From contig CAIOMD010000006.1 in the NCBI GenBank assembly GCA_903859365.1, forward strand, positions 22,152 to 86,151: DNA of 64,000 nucleotides, read 5' to 3'. Shown in pieces: positions 1 through 9,430 of the stretch. A model generated the notes under the pieces. It ran no database searches, was not told the DNA's origin, and was given only the letters and a program-made list of their open reading frames with translations. Made by a program: the position numbers and the translations under genes. This DNA is from an uncultured Candidatus Saccharibacteria bacterium. GTDB taxonomy: Bacteria; Patescibacteriota; Saccharimonadia; Saccharimonadales; CAIOMD01. Every line of letters begins with the position of its first letter. Positions within the stretch are counted from its first letter, which is position 1.

Positions 1-129
1 TCAATGGTTTACCTATTTTCCTCGCAATCCACTTGGCCGAAACATCGGAATAAGTTTACTCGTTTTTTCTATCTCACTCACATCAGCCTACCATCTAGAA
101 AGTTATTTTGTTGCATGGCCAAATGACCC

Positions 130-172
130 TGATACAAAAGCTGTTTACGTGATAAAATCATAGTAGTAATAC
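130..172 (+). promoter_or_regulatory. putative sigma70-type promoter upstream of ybaB
   Basis: Candidate -35 TGATAC (130-135), 17-nt spacer, then TG-n-TAAAAT extended -10 (150-158). An alternative pairing is TTTACG (144-149) with TAATAC (167-172). A GAGGA ribosome-binding site precedes the ATG at 195. This is a motif match only. Confidence 0.25.
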
Positions 173-194
173 CAATGTTAATGAGGATATATCA

Positions 195-488
195 ATGAGT
201 AAAATGGAACAAGCAAAAATGCTAATGAAGGTTCGTAAGTTACAAAAAGAACTACAGAAGATGATTATTGACGTAGAGGCAGGTGATGGTGCTGTTAAAG
301 TTGAAATTACTGGTGAACAAAAGATTAAGAAAATCCATATCGATCCGGAGTATGTAGACCTCGATGATATCGGTCAATTGGAGCGATGGATCGAAGAAGC
401 GGTAAAAGATGCTATCGCACAAAGCCAAAAAATTGCAGCTGAAAAAATGCAACCAATGCTCGGTAACCTAGGAAGCCTAGGCCTGTAG
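195..488 (+). CDS. ybaB: nucleoid-associated protein YbaB/EbfC
   Basis: 97 aa. The length, coiled-coil-rich composition and position immediately upstream of recR are typical for ybaB. A GAGGA ribosome-binding site precedes the start. Confidence 0.85.
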   Translation: MSKMEQAKMLMKVRKLQKELQKMIIDVEAGDGAVKVEITGEQKIKKIHIDPEYVDLDDIGQLERWIEEAVKDAIAQSQKIAAEKMQPMLGNLGSLGL

Positions 489-503
489 AGTCGTTTCTTA
501 ACT

Positions 504-1109
504 ATGAGTATTCTGCCTAAGGCACTTGAAAAAACAATTGATGCATTTGGCTCACTCCCAGGAGTAGGCCCTCGAACGGCAGAACGCTATGCGTATTGGG
601 CACTGAAAAATAACAAGAAATATGCGCTCACTATTGCAGACGCACTAGAATCAATACATGACAGTATCAAAGTGTGCCCTAAAACTTTTGCATTAATTGA
701 CAGCAACCTCGAAATATCTCCTTTATATACTGATACATCAAGAGACAAAACAATTGTGGCTGTTGTTGCCGAACCATTTGACATTGTTGCACTTGAAAAA
801 ATAGGAGTATTCCATGGCACCTACCATGTCCTCGGCGGACTCATTTCGCCGATTGATGGTATTAGTCCTGAAGCACTACACATTCCTGAACTTTTAAAGA
901 GAATCGACGAAGATAGCGTAAAAGAAATAATCCTCGCTACCAATGCCAGTGTCGAAGGAGAAACCACAGCAATGTATATACAGCAACAAATAGAAAACAA
1001 GGATATAACACTCACTCGATTAGCCCGGGGTCTTCCCATTGGTGTCGATCTAGAATATGCTGATCATATAACTTTACAACGTGCACTAGAAGGACGAACA
1101 AACGTATGA
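504..1109 (+). CDS. recR: recombination protein RecR (zinc finger absent)
   Basis: N-terminal helix-hairpin-helix motif 'GVGPRTAERYA'. The central/C-terminal part reads as the Toprim region. Only one Cys in the whole protein, so no Cys4 zinc finger. Confidence 0.85.
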   Translation: MSILPKALEKTIDAFGSLPGVGPRTAERYAYWALKNNKKYALTIADALESIHDSIKVCPKTFALIDSNLEISPLYTDTSRDKTIVAVVAEPFDIVALEKIGVFHGTYHVLGGLISPIDGISPEALHIPELLKRIDEDSVKEIILATNASVEGETTAMYIQQQIENKDITLTRLARGLPIGVDLEYADHITLQRALEGRTNV

Positions 1110-2110
1110 CAAATAAAAAAACAATCACTGAAATCGAAACATTTATAAAAACCCATAGCCATTTTCTTATTGTTCAAGCTGATAACCCTGACGGCGACAG
1201 TCTCGGATCAGCACTCGCCCTCGAACACATACTTGGAGATATGAAAAAACAAACAAGTATGTACTGCGGCGTTGACGTGCCAGAATACCTAAAATTCCTT
1301 TCAGGTTGGGATCGTGTGTCCAAAACTATACCAACGTCAATCGATGCCGTTATTATTGTTGATACCTCTGCCCAGATTTTGCTTGAAAACCTTGCGGCTG
1401 CTCCTGAGTATCCTTGGGTTGCTTCAAAACCTACTCTAATTTTAGACCACCATAGTGAAGTTATTTGTGATATTCCACAAGCTTCGATTATTCTTTGTGA
1501 TAATTCCTATGTCTCAACTGGTGAACTTATATATGAAATAGGGAAAACTCTACACTGGAAGATGTCCGTTGCTGCTCAAGAGAAGATTATGCAGAGTATT
1601 CTCTCAGATACGTTAGGTTTATCGACTGAAGCCACCACGGCTATAACATATAGAAGAATGGCAGAGATGCTTGAAGCTGGGGTGGATAGATATGCCCTCG
1701 ATGAAAGTCGTAAATTGCTATCAAAAATGGATCGATCAGTTTATTTGTTTAAAGCAGATCTTATCAAAAGAACTGAATTTTATGGTGATAACAAGGAAGT
1801 AGCCCTTGTTGTAATTCCCGAGGATGAGCTGTATGGCGTTGGTACATTGTATAACCCAGCCCCGCTTATACTTAATGAGATGACTATGGTTGAGGGTGTT
1901 AAGATGGCAATCGTAATTAAACGGTATAAAAATAGAGTGACCGGGGCGCTTCGTGCCACATCGCAATCTCCTGTGGCAAATAAAATTGCAACAGTCTTTG
2001 GCGGTGGCGGACACCCTTACGCTGCTGGTTTTAAAATGGATGCAACTCCAAGTAGTTTTTCAGATATTAAAAGTGATATTATTCGAAAAACTCTTGAATT
2101 GATACAATAA
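1106..2110 (+). CDS. nrnA: DHH/DHHA1 phosphoesterase (NrnA-like oligoribonuclease/pAp phosphatase)
   Basis: DHH motif 'LILDHHSE' and DHHA1 motif 'GGGGHPYAAG'. Overlaps the recR stop by 4 nt (ATGA). Confidence 0.75.
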   Translation: MTNKKTITEIETFIKTHSHFLIVQADNPDGDSLGSALALEHILGDMKKQTSMYCGVDVPEYLKFLSGWDRVSKTIPTSIDAVIIVDTSAQILLENLAAAPEYPWVASKPTLILDHHSEVICDIPQASIILCDNSYVSTGELIYEIGKTLHWKMSVAAQEKIMQSILSDTLGLSTEATTAITYRRMAEMLEAGVDRYALDESRKLLSKMDRSVYLFKADLIKRTEFYGDNKEVALVVIPEDELYGVGTLYNPAPLILNEMTMVEGVKMAIVIKRYKNRVTGALRATSQSPVANKIATVFGGGGHPYAAGFKMDATPSSFSDIKSDIIRKTLELIQ

Positions 2111-2115
2111 AGGTA

Positions 2116-3534
2116 ATGCTTCGATTCTATAATACCCCCTCGCACTTATACGAGCCTTTTGCACCTATTGCAAGTGGAACAGTCTCAATCTATACCTGTG
2201 GGCCAACAGTATACGATTATTTACACGTTGGTAACTGGTCTTCCTACGTACGCTGGGATATATTGGTACGTACCTTAACGCTAAGTGGATACAATGTTAA
2301 CCGAGTGATGAATATAACTGACGTCGGCCATTTAGTGAGTGATGAGGACGAGGGACAGGACAAAATGGTGAAGAGTGCATTAAAGCACAAAAAAACAGCG
2401 TGGGAGCTTGCCCGGTATTACTCAGATGATTTTATGGCTGGCATGGATAAGCTTCATTTAGTGCAACCACAACACATAACAAAAGCTACCGATTTCATTG
2501 ATGAGCAACTTACCTTTATTCGTGAGTTGAAGGATAAGGGAGTAACGTATCAAATTGATGATGGGATTTATTTCGATACTGCAAAATTTCCCAACTATGC
2601 ATCCTTTGCTCGGCTCGATCTTGAGCATCTAAAGGATGGCGCGCGGATAACGCCTAATCCTCAAAAAAGAAATCCTTCAGATTTTGCGTTGTGGAAGTTT
2701 AGTCCAAAGCATGAAAAACGGGATATGGAATGGGATACACCAAAAGATATAGTAGAAGGAACGTCTAAGAAAGGTTTTCCTGGATGGCACCTTGAATGTT
2801 CAGCCATGATACTGAAGAAACTTGGCAAAACAATCGATATCCATACGGGAGGGATAGACCATATTCCCGTTCATCATACAAATGAAATAGCACAAAGTGA
2901 AACCCTGACAGGAAAACCACTGGCACATTATTGGCTCCATAATAACTTCTTACTTGTTAATGGAACGAAAGTAAGCAAAAGTTTAGGTAATTCTATACTT
3001 CTTAGTGAAATTGAAAAAAAGAACATCGATCTTATGGCCTTTAAGTTATTTGTCCTACAAAGCCATTACCGAACAGAATCAAACTTTACTTGGGAAAATC
3101 TTGTCGCTGCAAATAATAGGCTGAATAACTGGGCCAGTATTATTGAACGAAAATGGCAAGTAAACACAACTAGCACATCCGATTCAAAAGTTTCTGTTGC
3201 ATTGGCATCAGCACTTGATGCCTTACAACAAGATCTTGATACCCCAAGGGCACTCATTCACGTTGAAGAAGCCTTGCGGTACATCGAAACTCGGGGACTT
3301 GAAGCCAGTCCTGAAGATATTATGGAAGTTGAAGCATTTATCCAAAATGGTCTCGGGCTTTACCTACATTCAAGCGATATAACAGCAGGCCAAAAACTAA
3401 CTATAAAAGAGCGTGCCGATGCTCGAAAAAAAAGTGATTGGAAAACATCAGATCATCTTCGTGATATACTTAAAAACCAGAAAATACTATTAAAGGACAC
3501 CGACGAAGGACAAATATGGTCAAGACTACAGTAA
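2116..3534 (+). CDS. cysS: cysteine--tRNA ligase
   Basis: HIGH-type motif 'HVGN' near the N-terminus and KMSKS-type motif 'KVSKSLGN'. 472 aa, a class I aminoacyl-tRNA synthetase. Confidence 0.9.
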   Translation: MLRFYNTPSHLYEPFAPIASGTVSIYTCGPTVYDYLHVGNWSSYVRWDILVRTLTLSGYNVNRVMNITDVGHLVSDEDEGQDKMVKSALKHKKTAWELARYYSDDFMAGMDKLHLVQPQHITKATDFIDEQLTFIRELKDKGVTYQIDDGIYFDTAKFPNYASFARLDLEHLKDGARITPNPQKRNPSDFALWKFSPKHEKRDMEWDTPKDIVEGTSKKGFPGWHLECSAMILKKLGKTIDIHTGGIDHIPVHHTNEIAQSETLTGKPLAHYWLHNNFLLVNGTKVSKSLGNSILLSEIEKKNIDLMAFKLFVLQSHYRTESNFTWENLVAANNRLNNWASIIERKWQVNTTSTSDSKVSVALASALDALQQDLDTPRALIHVEEALRYIETRGLEASPEDIMEVEAFIQNGLGLYLHSSDITAGQKLTIKERADARKKSDWKTSDHLRDILKNQKILLKDTDEGQIWSRLQ

Positions 3535-4196
3535 AAGAATCACATTTCACTGCCTATGAAATTCTAATCGCGCTCTTTATTACAGTGCTTATTGTAAGCA
3601 ATATCGCAAGTTTTAAAATAGTACATTTTTATTCACTTACTTTTGACGCGGGCACAATTTTGTTTCCTTTGGCATATATAGTCGGAGATATCATCACTGA
3701 GATATATGGGTTTAGAAAAATGCGAAGGTTGATCTATCTTGGAATAGCTATGCTCATTCTCATGACCAGTACATTTTATATTGTTGGATTGCTTCCACAC
3801 GCCAGTGATTGGACAGGGCAAGATGCCTATAATGCTATCCTTGGTGTTGTGTGGCGTATTGTAGGGGCAAGTATCACTGCACTTTTCTTCGGCGAATTTT
3901 TCAATAGCTATATTCTAGCTAAACTAAAAATTAAAACCGAAGGTAAGGGAATTTGGGCTCGAGTTGTGGGCTCAACAGCAATAGGTAGCCTCATTGACAC
4001 AGCCCTTTTTAGTACGCTTGCATTCGCAGGTACAATAAGTGGGTCAACCCTTATTCAATTAATTGCTACTGTTTACTTGGTTAAAGTTGTCTCTGAAGTG
4101 ATCGTATCACCAATTACGCTTCAGATTATCGCCTATATAAAAAGAACTGAAAATATAGATACCTTTGAATCACCAGCTCTAAGTTTAACCAACTAG
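3516..4196 (+). CDS. yhhQ: queuosine precursor transporter (YhhQ/Vut_1 family)
   Basis: 226-aa polytopic membrane protein with YhhQ-like N-terminus. Overlaps the cysS end by 19 nt and is convergent with tgt. Confidence 0.6.
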   Translation: MVKTTVKESHFTAYEILIALFITVLIVSNIASFKIVHFYSLTFDAGTILFPLAYIVGDIITEIYGFRKMRRLIYLGIAMLILMTSTFYIVGLLPHASDWTGQDAYNAILGVVWRIVGASITALFFGEFFNSYILAKLKIKTEGKGIWARVVGSTAIGSLIDTALFSTLAFAGTISGSTLIQLIATVYLVKVVSEVIVSPITLQIIAYIKRTENIDTFESPALSLTN

Positions 4197-5432
4197 TTAC
4201 ATGAACTGCTTGTAGCTATCGCCATAATAGGCTGACAAGAATTTCTGCTTGTAGTCATAGTACGTATCATCGATTAGTGAGTTGCGTATTGCATCTACCG
4301 TGCTTATTACAAAATATTCATTATGAATAGTAGCAAGGGTGGCGCTCAGTATTTCATCAGCTCGAAATAGATGGTTTATATAGGCTGCTGTGTAATGACG
4401 ACACGTATAACATTCGCAATCCCTTTCAATGGGATTAAAATCGGTTGCAAACTTAGCATTAGTAATATTAATACGACCATTTTTAGTATAGAGCGCTCCG
4501 TTGCGAGCTTGCCGAGTTGGTGCAACGCAATCAAAGGTATCTATGCCATACTCAACACCAAGAAACAAGTCAGCCGGCTGTGCCCCCATACCAAGTAAAT
4601 GTCGTGGTTTGTTTTCGGGCAATGTTTCTGTGACCCATTTAACAACTTCAGGTATTTCTTGTGGTTCAAATACGCCGCCAATTCCATAACCGTCAAAATC
4701 TTTGGAACCTAAAAATGATGCACTTTGTTTTCTGAGATCTTCGTGCCGAGCACCCTGTACAACGCCATAGAGGGCCTGCAAGGGTTCATTTCGAGCCACA
4801 TGCTCATCATTGAGTTCCTGGTGACGTGTAAGGCATCTAAGAGCCCAATTATGGGTTCTTGTTAAACTATCTATCAAATAGCTTCGCTCAGAAAGTGGTG
4901 CTGGACATTCGTCGAATGCCATATGAATATCTGCTGCAATAAGGTGCTGTAATTCCATACTTGATTCTGGTGTCATAGAAAGTGAAGATCCGTCAATATG
5001 GCTTTTGAAAGTTACACCTTGATCGGTCACTTTAGCGAGCTGGTTTGAGGTTGCTTTAGCATTTTTTTTATCGCCTTTTTGACTGTGACTCACTGCATCG
5101 ATACCTTTATCATATGCAACCCCAAGGCTAAATACTTGAAACCCACCGCTATCAGTAAATGTTGGTAACTGCCAGTTCATAAATTTTCCAAGTCCGCCGG
5201 CTTGCTGCACAATGTCTGCACCAGGGCGTAACATTAAATGATAGGTATTCGCAAGCACTGATTGCGCACCGCTGCTAAGTATTTGCTCTGGCGTAAGTGC
5301 CTTAACGGTAGCTTTTGTGCCGCCAGCAATAAATGCAGGTGTTTTAATGTCTCCATGCGGCGTCGAGATAACACCAGCTCGAGCAAGTGTGTCGCCAAAT
5401 CTTTTTTCAATTTTAAATGAGAATGATGCCAT
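4197..5432 (-). CDS. tgt: queuine tRNA-ribosyltransferase
   Basis: Tgt N-terminus 'RAGVISTPHGDIKTPAFI' and the C-terminal zinc site 'CECYTCRHYTAAYINHL'. Confidence 0.9.
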   Translation of the reverse strand: MASFSFKIEKRFGDTLARAGVISTPHGDIKTPAFIAGGTKATVKALTPEQILSSGAQSVLANTYHLMLRPGADIVQQAGGLGKFMNWQLPTFTDSGGFQVFSLGVAYDKGIDAVSHSQKGDKKNAKATSNQLAKVTDQGVTFKSHIDGSSLSMTPESSMELQHLIAADIHMAFDECPAPLSERSYLIDSLTRTHNWALRCLTRHQELNDEHVARNEPLQALYGVVQGARHEDLRKQSASFLGSKDFDGYGIGGVFEPQEIPEVVKWVTETLPENKPRHLLGMGAQPADLFLGVEYGIDTFDCVAPTRQARNGALYTKNGRINITNAKFATDFNPIERDCECYTCRHYTAAYINHLFRADEILSATLATIHNEYFVISTVDAIRNSLIDDTYYDYKQKFLSAYYGDSYKQFM

Positions 5433-5467
5433 TGGTAGTAATTGTAACAGAGAAAAGTGCGATGTAA

Positions 5468-6517
5468 CTAGTAAATAACCATACTGTCGCCGTAACTCAA
5501 AAAGGAATAATGAGTGGCGGTGGCATGATTATATGCAGGCAGCAGATGTTCCCAGCCAGCAAAGGCGGCAGTAAGCATTAAGACTGTACTTCTCGGTGCA
5601 TGAAAATTCGTTATGATGCCATCGATTACCTTGAACGAATAACCAGGATAAATAAATATATCGGCGTCCCCGTGTTTATCGACAGCAGGATCATCACTTA
5701 CTATATAATCTCCGGTATATTCAAGCGTTCTGGTTATGGTAGTTCCAAGAGCAAAAACTCGTTTATTATGCTTCTTTGCATCACGAATGGAAGTAATCGT
5801 TTCTTTTGGCAACACAAAAAATTCTTTATGCATGGTATGAGTGGCAACATCATCAACTCGTATTGGTAAAAATGTGCCAAGGCCAACATGCAAGGTTGCA
5901 TAACAAACCTTAATACCTTTATTTTCAATTTCCCTCAGTGCTTCAGCAGTCATATTAAGACTAGCCGTTGGAGCCGCCACTGACCCAGCATCATCTGCCC
6001 AGACTGTTTGGTACCGTTCAATATCTTGTTCCGTTGCCTCACGTCGCATGTAAGGTGGAAGGGGAACGGTGCCGATTTCTTGAGATAGTTCGAGTAAATC
6101 TTTTTCTGATTTAATTTGTGCTATGCCGTCACCTAAAATTTCTTCTACTTCGAGTGCATAGGCGCCAACTGTTAAAATATCTCCTTTAGAAATCTTTTTC
6201 CGATAGAGCACTTTATGATAATGCCAGTCGTCAGTTGTGCCATGTTTTTCAATAAGAATCAGTTCTCGGGTTGCTCCATTTGCTTTTTGTGCTTTAATTC
6301 GAGCTTTGATGACCCTAGTATCGTTAAGCACTAATACATCCCCTGGATGTAAAAAATCTATAAGGTCTGTATATAGGCCATCAGAGTATTCACCCGTTTT
6401 TTTGTTGAGCGCGAGAAGGCGTGAAGAACCTCGAATATCGGGTGGAACGTCAGCAATAAGGTTATCATCAAGGTGGTAATCAAAATCACTTGTTTTCATA
6501 TCGTCGTACCCAATCAT
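5468..6517 (-). CDS. queA: S-adenosylmethionine:tRNA ribosyltransferase-isomerase
   Basis: N-terminal 'SDFDYHLDDNLIADVPP' and overall QueA layout, 349 aa. The true start is probably 'MKTSDF...' at about 6499. Confidence 0.85.
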   Translation of the reverse strand: MIGYDDMKTSDFDYHLDDNLIADVPPDIRGSSRLLALNKKTGEYSDGLYTDLIDFLHPGDVLVLNDTRVIKARIKAQKANGATRELILIEKHGTTDDWHYHKVLYRKKISKGDILTVGAYALEVEEILGDGIAQIKSEKDLLELSQEIGTVPLPPYMRREATEQDIERYQTVWADDAGSVAAPTASLNMTAEALREIENKGIKVCYATLHVGLGTFLPIRVDDVATHTMHKEFFVLPKETITSIRDAKKHNKRVFALGTTITRTLEYTGDYIVSDDPAVDKHGDADIFIYPGYSFKVIDGIITNFHAPRSTVLMLTAAFAGWEHLLPAYNHATATHYSFLSYGDSMVIY

Positions 6518-7013
6518 ACATTATAATCGCGGCAGCTGCACCGACGTTTACAGAGCGTGTTGATCCATACTGCTCGATAGCTACAAGTGCTGTGCAGTTC
6601 TGTTTCATTTCATCACTTAAACCGGGTCCTTCCTGACCGAATACTAATATAGGATTATCAGGGAATTCAAATTGCATGAGTGGGACACTACCCTCAATAT
6701 TATCTATTCCTACTATTTTTTTCTTATTTTCAGCCGTCCACTTTAGGAAAGAATTAATTGTTGGATGGTGAAATAGCAGTAGATATTTTTCAGTTGACAT
6801 TGCTCCTCTTCGATTCCAATGTTTTTTTCCGATTATGTGCACAGATTCTACATTGAAAGCATTAGCTGATCGGACGATAGACCCAATATTAAAATCATGC
6901 TGAATATTTTCTATAGCGATGGACAAGGGCTTAGCATGCGATGAAAGCTCCTCTTTAATTGTTTCAACCGGTAAGTTTTTATACTTATCGACAAGATTCC
7001 TCGTATCAATCAT
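6486..7013 (-). CDS. SPOUT (SpoU/TrmH-family) RNA 2'-O-methyltransferase
   Basis: SpoU motifs 'NIGSIVRSANAFNV', 'LVFGQEGPGLS' and 'NVGAAAAIIMYDW'. 175-aa minimal SPOUT enzyme. Confidence 0.75.
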   Translation of the reverse strand: MIDTRNLVDKYKNLPVETIKEELSSHAKPLSIAIENIQHDFNIGSIVRSANAFNVESVHIIGKKHWNRRGAMSTEKYLLLFHHPTINSFLKWTAENKKKIVGIDNIEGSVPLMQFEFPDNPILVFGQEGPGLSDEMKQNCTALVAIEQYGSTRSVNVGAAAAIIMYDWVRRYENK

Positions 7014-7186
7014 GAAAGGTAATCCTTATAGAGTTTAAAGCCAATCCAAAGCCCAAAAATACTACCAACACCGCCTAAAAGAATACTTGAAAGATCGAAA
7101 AAAGTTGCATGCATAAACCATACAGGAATATATGAACCAAGCGTTCCAAAAATAGTAATCGAGAAATAAATTATAACTTTAGACAT
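7010..7186 (-). CDS. small hydrophobic membrane protein, 58 aa (not in the ORF track)
   Basis: Reverse-complement translation: MSKVIIYFSITIFGTLGSYIPVWFMHATFFDLSSILLGGVGSIFGLWIGFKLYKDYLS*. Two predicted TM segments. Its ATG overlaps the TGA of the upstream GT4 gene and its TGA overlaps the ATG of trmH, so it fits the gap exactly. Confidence 0.45.
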   Translation of the reverse strand: MSKVIIYFSITIFGTLGSYIPVWFMHATFFDLSSILLGGVGSIFGLWIGFKLYKDYLS

Positions 7187-8340
7187 CAGTGATAAAGCCT
7201 TTCTATATTTCGTCCGACGACTTCAATATCATATTGTCTAACGCTATGCTGTGCCCAGTCGTAGGCAGCATCTCTCGCTTCTTTATGTTCCATATAATAA
7301 TGTAAACGATTGGCAAATGCAGTCGCATCCCTAGGATCTATCAAAAGGTCAGGATGCTCGGACAACACAGTAGTGTATCCGACATTATTTCCACCGAGTA
7401 CTACGCGTGCACCCGCTGCCATCGCTTCAATAAGTACAATACCGAAACTTTCACCACCAGTACTAGGAAAAACTGCTATATCTGCTGAAGCGAGCAGGGC
7501 GGGTTTATCTTTTTCTTGCACAAAACCTACAAATTCAACATTCTTCAGATTAAGCTTACGAGCTTTTTGCTTAAGTTCGGCTTCAAGTGGGCCCTTACCC
7601 GCAATTGTTACATTGTAGCTGGCGCTATAGCGTTCATTGAGCTTTGCGAGCGCCTCAAGAAGGTAGCCACAGCCCTTTCTTTCAACTAACCTACCTAAGA
7701 AAACAACATGAAGTTTTTTTCTATATACAGGTTCATGATGCATTGCTTTTAATGAAACCGTGCAAGGAATAATTGTGCTTTGCATACGAAATACATCGAG
7801 AGCGGTTTTTTGTGCGGCAGTTGAATCAGAAATTATGTGATGAAATTTCTTAATAGTCTTTCTATTAAAGTAGGCTAAAGCATACGAACCTGCTTTTTGA
7901 ATCCAACTATCGGGAACAATATGAAATGTTCCAACAATCTTAACAGACGCAGGGGCGGCTTCTATTACTCGTCCTGCAAATAAAGGGCTGTAGGGCATCT
8001 GAACATGCAATACATCAAGTTGTAGTTCTTCTAAAAGATTTCGAATTGCACTCCTTGAAGTTGGTAATGGTATACTCAGGCGATTTTTATTAAAGCGTAC
8101 CCGAATATTGTTTGCTATTGAATGTAGATGTTTAATATCATCTCTCTTTGAAGCTCCCACAAGATAATGCACCTCGTGACCTTGGTTAGTTAGCCACGCC
8201 CCAAGACAAAGTACGTATTGCTGCACCCCGTCAGGTGTATCAAGGGTGTCATCAAGCAGAAGTCCGATTTTAAGTTTTTTGTTCATGATGTTTCTTAGTG
8301 GATGTATATAAATGTAAATATTGCTCTGCAATCTTATCAA
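7186..8340 (-). CDS. glycosyltransferase family 4 (GT-B, GT1-like)
   Basis: C-terminal GT-B motif 'GESFGIVLIEAMAAG'. The likely true start is 'MNKKLKIGLL' (about 8286), which reduces the overlap with the upstream paralog. Confidence 0.8.
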   Translation of the reverse strand: MIRLQSNIYIYIHPLRNIMNKKLKIGLLLDDTLDTPDGVQQYVLCLGAWLTNQGHEVHYLVGASKRDDIKHLHSIANNIRVRFNKNRLSIPLPTSRSAIRNLLEELQLDVLHVQMPYSPLFAGRVIEAAPASVKIVGTFHIVPDSWIQKAGSYALAYFNRKTIKKFHHIISDSTAAQKTALDVFRMQSTIIPCTVSLKAMHHEPVYRKKLHVVFLGRLVERKGCGYLLEALAKLNERYSASYNVTIAGKGPLEAELKQKARKLNLKNVEFVGFVQEKDKPALLASADIAVFPSTGGESFGIVLIEAMAAGARVVLGGNNVGYTTVLSEHPDLLIDPRDATAFANRLHYYMEHKEARDAAYDWAQHSVRQYDIEVVGRNIERLYH

Positions 8341-9403
8341 ACGAATATCTAGGTGTTTGTTTCTTAGCCCATTTCTTCCAGACTGTTCTCATTTCTTCGT
8401 TGTAGAGCATTAACTCAAGCCGATGCATGAAATCTGTTTCACTCTTGGGATTCACTAAACTAATTCTCCCTTCATCAGTCATAACAGAAGCATAGCCAGG
8501 ATTATTACCGGCAACGACGGGAACGCCGAGTGCCATAGCTTCAAGTAGCACTATACCAAAGCTTTCCCCATACATAGCCGGAGAACAATACAAATCAGCA
8601 CTCTGTATCAATGCTACTTTTTGATTTTCAGGAATGAAACCTAAAAACGTAACATCAGGAATTCCTTCAGTTTGTACCAATTTTTCAAGTGTTGACCGCT
8701 TGACTCCACTGCCAGCAATGACGAGTTCTACGTCGTCATGGTTTTTTCTTAATTCATGATAGGCCTTGAGCAAGTAAGGTACTGCTTTTCGTTTTTCTAG
8801 GCGGCCCAAGTACAATATTCTTTTTTTACCTGAAGCTTTTGATATGTTTTTTGGGGTAAAGGTAGTCAGGTTAATTCCATTAGGAATAATAACCACGGGT
8901 TCATCCATTAATGACAGCACATACTCCGCGGCAGAATCAGAGACCGCACTATAGCCATCTATATAATTTAAAACTGATTTCGTATAAGGAATAACAATAT
9001 TTAAAAGAGATTTACTGACTAAGGTTGATGGGGGCGTTGCATGGAAAGTTGCTATATTAATAGCTTTTGATCGCATTAGTATTTGTCGAGACAAGACGGG
9101 CACCCACGGCTCGTGAAAATGAATAATATCAAAATTCTCTTGATCAAGTATCGCTTGAATCTCGACACCTTCTGCTTCAAATCCAAAGTCAACCATGGTG
9201 GCGAACGGGGTGTTAAGTTTCGTGCTTCTACCGAGTAAGATCATATTTTTGGGAACAGGTTGATTCAAATTTTTAGGTCGTGGAGTAATAATTTTTACGT
9301 CATGACCTAGATGAATAAGTTCTTTTGAAAGCTCTTGTACGATTTCCTGAACTCCTCCAGCAAACTGAAACATATTATATGGGCAAACGAGACCGATTTT
9401 CAT
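8270..9403 (-). CDS. glycosyltransferase family 4 (GT-B), tandem paralog
   Basis: Carries the same 'GESFGIVLLEAMALG' motif as the neighbouring GT4. 377 aa. Confidence 0.8.
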   Translation of the reverse strand: MKIGLVCPYNMFQFAGGVQEIVQELSKELIHLGHDVKIITPRPKNLNQPVPKNMILLGRSTKLNTPFATMVDFGFEAEGVEIQAILDQENFDIIHFHEPWVPVLSRQILMRSKAINIATFHATPPSTLVSKSLLNIVIPYTKSVLNYIDGYSAVSDSAAEYVLSLMDEPVVIIPNGINLTTFTPKNISKASGKKRILYLGRLEKRKAVPYLLKAYHELRKNHDDVELVIAGSGVKRSTLEKLVQTEGIPDVTFLGFIPENQKVALIQSADLYCSPAMYGESFGIVLLEAMALGVPVVAGNNPGYASVMTDEGRISLVNPKSETDFMHRLELMLYNEEMRTVWKKWAKKQTPRYSFDKIAEQYLHLYTSTKKHHEQKT

Positions 9404-9430
9404 ACCAATAGTATAGCATTCACTCCAGGA

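Noticed and set aside
1-194. Possible small RNA gene (SRP/4.5S RNA or tRNA) upstream of ybaB, as seen upstream of the dnaX–ybaB–recR unit in some bacteria.
   Set aside because: No GGAA tetraloop with AGCAGCC SRP domain IV motif and no tRNA T-loop (GTTCGAATC-like) could be found by eye. Treated as plain promoter and intergenic DNA.
252-452. 66-aa minus-strand ORF inside ybaB.
   Set aside because: Antisense to a well-supported gene and of low complexity. Spurious.
587-1039. Two minus-strand ORFs (77 and 72 aa) inside recR.
   Set aside because: Antisense to recR with Ser/Cys/Ile-rich nonsense composition.
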